Source of the DNA: a virus
Lineage: Duplodnaviria; Caudoviricetes
Virus record (IMG/VR): IMGVR_UViG_3300032322_000399
Coordinates: 1-52,820 of that record
Length of the DNA stretch: 52,820 bases
Reading direction: 5' to 3' (one strand)
The number at the start of each line of letters is the position of its first letter. The first letter of the stretch is position 1. A model generated the notes under the pieces. That model was not told where the DNA came from and did not search any database. It was given only the letters and a program-made list of their open reading frames with translations. The position numbers were made by a program, and so were the translations under genes. Positions 48,887 to 52,820 of the stretch are shown here, piece after piece.

Positions 48887-49315
48887 TCAGGCGACGGCGC
48901 GGGTGATCGCACCCGTGACCTGGGCCTCGGCGGAGAACGTCACGGCGTCGCCAACGGAGCCGGTGATCTCGTAGGAGGTCAGGAGGCACTCGCCCGTGTA
49001 CTTCGGGTTCGTGGACGACGCCGAGCCACCGCCGGGGGTGTAGGCGAAGGACACCGTGGCGTCCTGACCCAGCACACCCGAGAGGACAGCATCGACAGTC
49101 GAAGCGCCAGCGGCGTCGAACTTGCCGGAGATGCTGATCGTCGCGTCCGAGAGGCCCATGATGTACTCCTTGGCGTTGTCGCCGAAGGTAGTGACCTCTG
49201 CGGTCTCCAGGGACCGGCTGAACGTAACCTCATCGCAGAACGCGGAGATGTCGGTCAGCGTACCGCTGGAGTTGTCGATCTCGAACTTGGACTTCTTGCC
49301 GTGAATGTATGCCAT
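48887..49315 (-). CDS. Major tail tube protein
   Basis: ETAEVTTFGDNAKEYIMGLSD...GECLLTSYE...VGDAVTFSAE.QVTG. Confidence 0.85.
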   Translation of the reverse strand: MAYIHGKKSKFEIDNSSGTLTDISAFCDEVTFSRSLETAEVTTFGDNAKEYIMGLSDATISISGKFDAAGASTVDAVLSGVLGQDATVSFAYTPGGGSASSTNPKYTGECLLTSYEITGSVGDAVTFSAEAQVTGAITRAVA

Positions 49316-49327
49316 GTGCTTTCTCCT

Positions 49328-50047
49328 TTACCGGCGGGCGAATGTCATCGAGTAGGTGACTGACCCGGTGGACCCACCGGGGGCGTGCGAGGCACGGAGG
49401 TAACGATTCACCGTGCCAGAGACCACGACACGCTCGGCGGTCGTGGACGATGTGCCGACCGACGTGAACGTGGCGAGATCCACGAAGGTCGTGTTGTCGG
49501 ACGAGTGCTGCACCTTGAAGGTGCTAGATCCGTTGCGGGTGTTCGCGGTGACGTGGAGGTACGCGGCTCCGCCGTTCGCGCTCGAAGCGGTGTTGTCCTG
49601 CGATGCTCCGGTGCCGTTCGAGGTCACCGCGGCGTTCCCGGCGAGCACGACTGCGCGATCGACGCCGCCGTCCGCCTGCACTTCCAGGCTCGCCGCTACA
49701 ACGTCGCCCACGGGCGACGATATCTCGTAGGAGGTCTGCTTCACCGCGGCGGAGAAGGCGACCTTCCCGGCGGTCAGGCCCTCGGGGGCCACGGAGATGA
49801 CATCGTTCGCGTCTGCTCCGATCGTGGTCGAGAGCGTCTCGTCCACGGCGGCGGTGTTCCCGTCGAACATGCCGGACAGGGACAGGGTGCCGTCCTGAAG
49901 TCCGACGATGTACGTCTTCGCGGAGTCACCGAACGCAGTCGTCTCCGCGGTCTCCACGACGCGGCTCGCGGTCGCCTCATTGAAGAAGGCGGACAGGTTC
50001 GCGGCCCCGTACAGGACCGCCGTGTTCTTGCCGTGGGTGTATGCCAC
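49328..50047 (-). CDS. Tail tube paralogue with extra C-terminal beta domain
   Basis: N-terminal ~130 aa aligns with 48887-49315; C-terminal KVQHSSDN..F.D...RYLRA. Confidence 0.75.
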   Translation of the reverse strand: MAYTHGKNTAVLYGAANLSAFFNEATASRVVETAETTAFGDSAKTYIVGLQDGTLSLSGMFDGNTAAVDETLSTTIGADANDVISVAPEGLTAGKVAFSAAVKQTSYEISSPVGDVVAASLEVQADGGVDRAVVLAGNAAVTSNGTGASQDNTASSANGGAAYLHVTANTRNGSSTFKVQHSSDNTTFVDLATFTSVGTSSTTAERVVVSGTVNRYLRASHAPGGSTGSVTYSMTFARR

Positions 50048-50049
50048 CG

Positions 50050-50265
50050 CTACTCACTCTCCTCGGGCTCGGGCTCCGGCGTGGGCTCGGGCTCGGGCTC
50101 CGAGGCGGGAGCGGACTTCGACGGCTTGCCCTCGGCGGGCTCGATGTAGCCCTGTTCGAGGAGCCACTTGATGCTCTTAGACGGGATGTCGCCCGTGATC
50201 TCGCCTGCTTCGACGCGGCGGTCAGGGGGAAACTCGATCCCTGCGAGCGCCCGGTACTGGGCCAC
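50050..50265 (-). CDS. Small tail-region protein
   Basis: GAGGGAGG RBS; YRAL.GI...G...D.P...KWLLEQGYIE plus PE repeats. Confidence 0.7.
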   Translation of the reverse strand: MAQYRALAGIEFPPDRRVEAGEITGDIPSKSIKWLLEQGYIEPAEGKPSKSAPASEPEPEPTPEPEPEESE

Positions 50266-50363
50266 TTCGCCTCCCTCGGGGTATGACGCAGCCCCGCACC
50301 GTCGCAGGGCCACAGGGGGCACGTCGAGGGAGACGGCTAGGGGCCACTAGGGCACGCAGGACG

Positions 50364-50374
50364 AGCGTAGCACG
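50364..50374 (-). promoter_or_regulatory. Putative late promoter CGTGCTACGCT, tail operon
   Basis: Identical to 11893-11903. Confidence 0.55.
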
Positions 50375-50399
50375 CTGCGAGAGGGATCTAACGGGAGTA

Positions 50400-50494
50400 G
50401 ATAAGCCTCTCCCCCCGGTAGGAGCCACCTAGACCGGGGGGAGAGACGGGCCGATCTCTACCCGAGGGACGGGGGAGAACCTCGGGGAGATCGG
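50400..50494 (-). ncRNA. Candidate two-hairpin sRNA / terminator with a loop antisense to the AGGAGCCAC start sequences
   Basis: 13-bp stem 50407-50419 / 50433-50445, minus-strand loop CUAGGUGGCUCCU; second hairpin 50451-50494 with C-rich loop. Confidence 0.55.
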
Positions 50495-50512
50495 AGCCTT
50501 ACGGGGGTTAGG

Positions 50513-51244
50513 TTACCGAGCGGTGAGGACGCCCGCAAGGGACGCCTCGACCTTCGAGGTGATGAACTGATCGACGGTGAGGCCCGCCTGACGCGCCGCG
50601 GCCTCGATCATCTCGGGCATGTCCTCGGCGGTCTGCGCCCACCCCGCGGTGAGGCGCTCACGCTCGGACTCGACCTTCGCCTGTTCCCGCGCCTCCACGG
50701 TCGCAGGATCGACGGTGACGACGGGGCGCTTGCCGAACCCGAACATCGGGTCGCGGTCGGAGCGGGTGATCGTGGCGGTGAAGGTGATCCGGTCGCCGAC
50801 CTCGACAGTCGGGCGGACTCGCGCCGGGTAGCCGGTGAACGCGGTGAGTGCCTGCGGGACAGTCATCCACGCGGACCAGCCCTCGTCGGTCTGCACCGTC
50901 ATCTTCCACTCGGGGAAGTGCTCGTCGCCCTTGTTCGCGATCTTCGTCACGACTGCGGCGATGTCGCGGACGCGGCCCTCGGGGGCGACCGTCCCGGCCT
51001 CGGCGGCGGCTGCCTTCTCGGCCTTCAGGGCATCCTCGCGAGCGGTCTGCTCGGCGCGAGCGGCCTGCCACGCGGGGTTCGGGATGCAGCGGTGCGAGGG
51101 CCAGAAGGTGCGGAGGGATCCGAAGTCGCTCCCGCACCAGTCTTTGCGCTGCGCGAGGTACTTCGAGCCGGACTTGCTTTCGGTCCAGCGGACGGTCGCG
51201 CCGCAGTCGCGGCAGGGAAACTCGGGGGAGAGTGCTCGGGTCAT
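50513..51244 (-). CDS. Zn-ribbon plus OB-fold-like protein
   Basis: CRDCG...H.C; VEVGDRITFTATI...FGFGKRP; AGGAGCCAC at 51247. Confidence 0.75.
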   Translation of the reverse strand: MTRALSPEFPCRDCGATVRWTESKSGSKYLAQRKDWCGSDFGSLRTFWPSHRCIPNPAWQAARAEQTAREDALKAEKAAAAEAGTVAPEGRVRDIAAVVTKIANKGDEHFPEWKMTVQTDEGWSAWMTVPQALTAFTGYPARVRPTVEVGDRITFTATITRSDRDPMFGFGKRPVVTVDPATVEAREQAKVESERERLTAGWAQTAEDMPEMIEAAARQAGLTVDQFITSKVEASLAGVLTAR

Positions 51245-51284
51245 CGGTGGCTCCTTCGGTCGGTTGCCCTTTCGGGATACCCCG

Positions 51285-51314
51285 AGCCTAACTAACCCCG
51301 GTTAGGTCTGTCAA
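51285..51314 (-). promoter_or_regulatory. SigA-type promoter with operator
   Basis: TTGACA-N18-TAGGCT; palindrome at 51292-51305. Confidence 0.88.
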
Positions 51315-51418
51315 GCGATACGGCAGGGAGTGTCCAGCCCTCACAATCCCCCGAACCCGAGCCCCCTCCTAGGACACCGCCCACGCCCCGATAGTGCCCC
51401 TACGGGCCCCCTAGAGCC

Positions 51419-51652
51419 TCAGAAGGGCACTAGGTCGCGGATCTGCCTCACCCGTATGTGCAACTGACAGGCGTACACGACGAGATCCTCGATCTCCTCT
51501 AGGGCGTCCTGCACGATCGCGTCCGCGGGCCGCTTCTCGAACCGCTGCACCCCGGACCCGTCGTCGTACTGGATCATCCCCGGCCCCAAGATCCGATCGG
51601 TCAGCCGGTCCACGATCGCCGCAACCTCGGCGGCGTGCTCCTCGGAAGTCAT
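51419..51652 (-). CDS. Small all-alpha NTP-pyrophosphatase-like protein
   Basis: G..QY...DALEEIEDLVVY (EExxD). Confidence 0.55.
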   Translation of the reverse strand: MTSEEHAAEVAAIVDRLTDRILGPGMIQYDDGSGVQRFEKRPADAIVQDALEEIEDLVVYACQLHIRVRQIRDLVPF

Positions 51653-51662
51653 GCCCCGGAGC

Positions 51663-52820
51663 CTAGAGCACGGCTAGGTCAGCCCACCCGCCGTCGCCGA
51701 TCACGATCGACACCATGCCCGCCGGAGAGTCCTGACCCGTGCGATGCCGCCACCACGTCGAGCCCCCGTCGAGCGCCGGGATCTGCATGAAGGACTTCGC
51801 CCCCGACTGCTCGACCCGCAGGTGGTGAAGGTGCGCCGCGAGGAGCATCGTCGCCGAGCCGATCGGCTGCATCCCGTGGGCCTGACCCGCCCACCACTTA
51901 ATCGGATCCCGCCCGAACTGGTGCCCGTGCGCGAACCCGACCGCCGTGCCCGCCACGTCGAGCGTGATCGTGAGTTCGTCATGCTGCGGGAACACGAAAG
52001 ACACATGGTCGTAGCCCTCCGCGAGTTTCAGGGCGTCAGCGACCGCGGCAGCGCCTTCCACGGCCCACGAGTCGTCGTAGCGGCGCACGACCTTGCCCTC
52101 GCGCTGCGCCTCATCGTGGTTGCCCGGAACCACCGGGACCACGATCCGCTCGGCTAGCGGTGCGAACTGCTGCACTTGATGGAGCATGAGCCGCCGATAC
52201 ACCCGCAACTGCTCGGTCATCGTCAGGTCGAGACGGCCCCCACGGGCCAGCGCCCCCCCCTGCGACACGAGACCCTCGATGCAGTCACCGAGCCACGCGA
52301 GCGTAATCGAGTCGATCTTCCGCCCGAGCCTGCGAAGTTCCTTCAGCCGCCGCACCGACAGGTCAGTCTTCACGAGGAACCGCTCGATCGTGCCCTCGGT
52401 GCCGTCCCCGTCCGGCTTACCGAGTTGCAGATCCCCAGCGAGGACGCAGTAGGACAGGCCCTCACCCGTTGCCGCCACGGGAGGCTTCGGCTTCCGCTTC
52501 CCGATCGCCGCCACGAGTTCATCTATCGAGGCCCCGTCACGGAACCGCCGCCGGATAATGTTCGCCCGGTAGTAGTAGAGCCGCTGCACGTTGCCCTCGC
52601 CGATCCCGGCGTCCCACGCCCGGTACTGCACCGGCTCGATGACCTCATACTCGGCAGGGTCGAGATCCCACACCGCGAGGAGTTCAGCCCAGTCCCGAGG
52701 CGGAGCGTCGAGCGGGCTCGTTGTCAGGGTGCCGGAGTTACCGTCCCACGCGACACCGGGCTCCCATCCCGCAGGCGGGCGAGGCGCTGCGGCCCCGCGA
52801 TAGTCCGAGGTCGGGCCCGG
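51663..52820 (-). CDS. Calcineurin-like metallophosphoesterase (start at 257 across the junction)
   Basis: GDLQLG, LGDCIEG, PGNHD, HGH, HLHH; frame open to the window end. Confidence 0.88.
   Translation of the reverse strand, partial: PGPTSDYRGAAAPRPPAGWEPGVAWDGNSGTLTTSPLDAPPRDWAELLAVWDLDPAEYEVIEPVQYRAWDAGIGEGNVQRLYYYRANIIRRRFRDGASIDELVAAIGKRKPKPPVAATGEGLSYCVLAGDLQLGKPDGDGTEGTIERFLVKTDLSVRRLKELRRLGRKIDSITLAWLGDCIEGLVSQGGALARGGRLDLTMTEQLRVYRRLMLHQVQQFAPLAERIVVPVVPGNHDEAQREGKVVRRYDDSWAVEGAAAVADALKLAEGYDHVSFVFPQHDELTITLDVAGTAVGFAHGHQFGRDPIKWWAGQAHGMQPIGSATMLLAAHLHHLRVEQSGAKSFMQIPALDGGSTWWRHRTGQDSPAGMVSIVIGDGGWADLAVL
52600..52820. repeat. Terminal direct repeat, right copy
   Basis: Matches 1-221. 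Confidence 0.95.

Overview
The window looks like a complete, circularly closed genome (about 52.6 kb; bases 1-221 recur at 52600-52820) of a high-GC long-tailed siphovirus-type phage. The host is probably an actinobacterium (two WhiB-like proteins, actinobacterial-type SSB, DUF732-like lipoprotein). All credible genes are on the minus strand. Recognisable modules are the terminase, portal, a MuF-effector fusion, an XkdF-type protease, scaffold, capsid, a large glycine-rich fibre cluster, neck, tail (two tube paralogues, a frameshifting chaperone, tape measure), two endolysins plus a holin, and an ERF/Gam/RusA/HNH/initiator block. I saw no integrase, CI-type repressor, tRNA or CRISPR array. Most notable observations: (1) a regulatory layer of seven promoters with a palindromic operator in an 18-bp spacer, 11 identical AGGAGCCAC start sequences, and one hairpin whose loop is their exact antisense (candidate multi-target sRNA); (2) a hammerhead ribozyme with all core motifs in one early leader; (3) a ParB / ABC-ATPase-GNAT / formyltransferase operon ahead of terminase (candidate DNA-modification system); (4) a 1477-aa MuF-kinase-ADP-ribosyltransferase and a multidomain, apparently split prohead protease with repeated K-A/S junctions. 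All family calls come from motif recognition by eye, not database searches.
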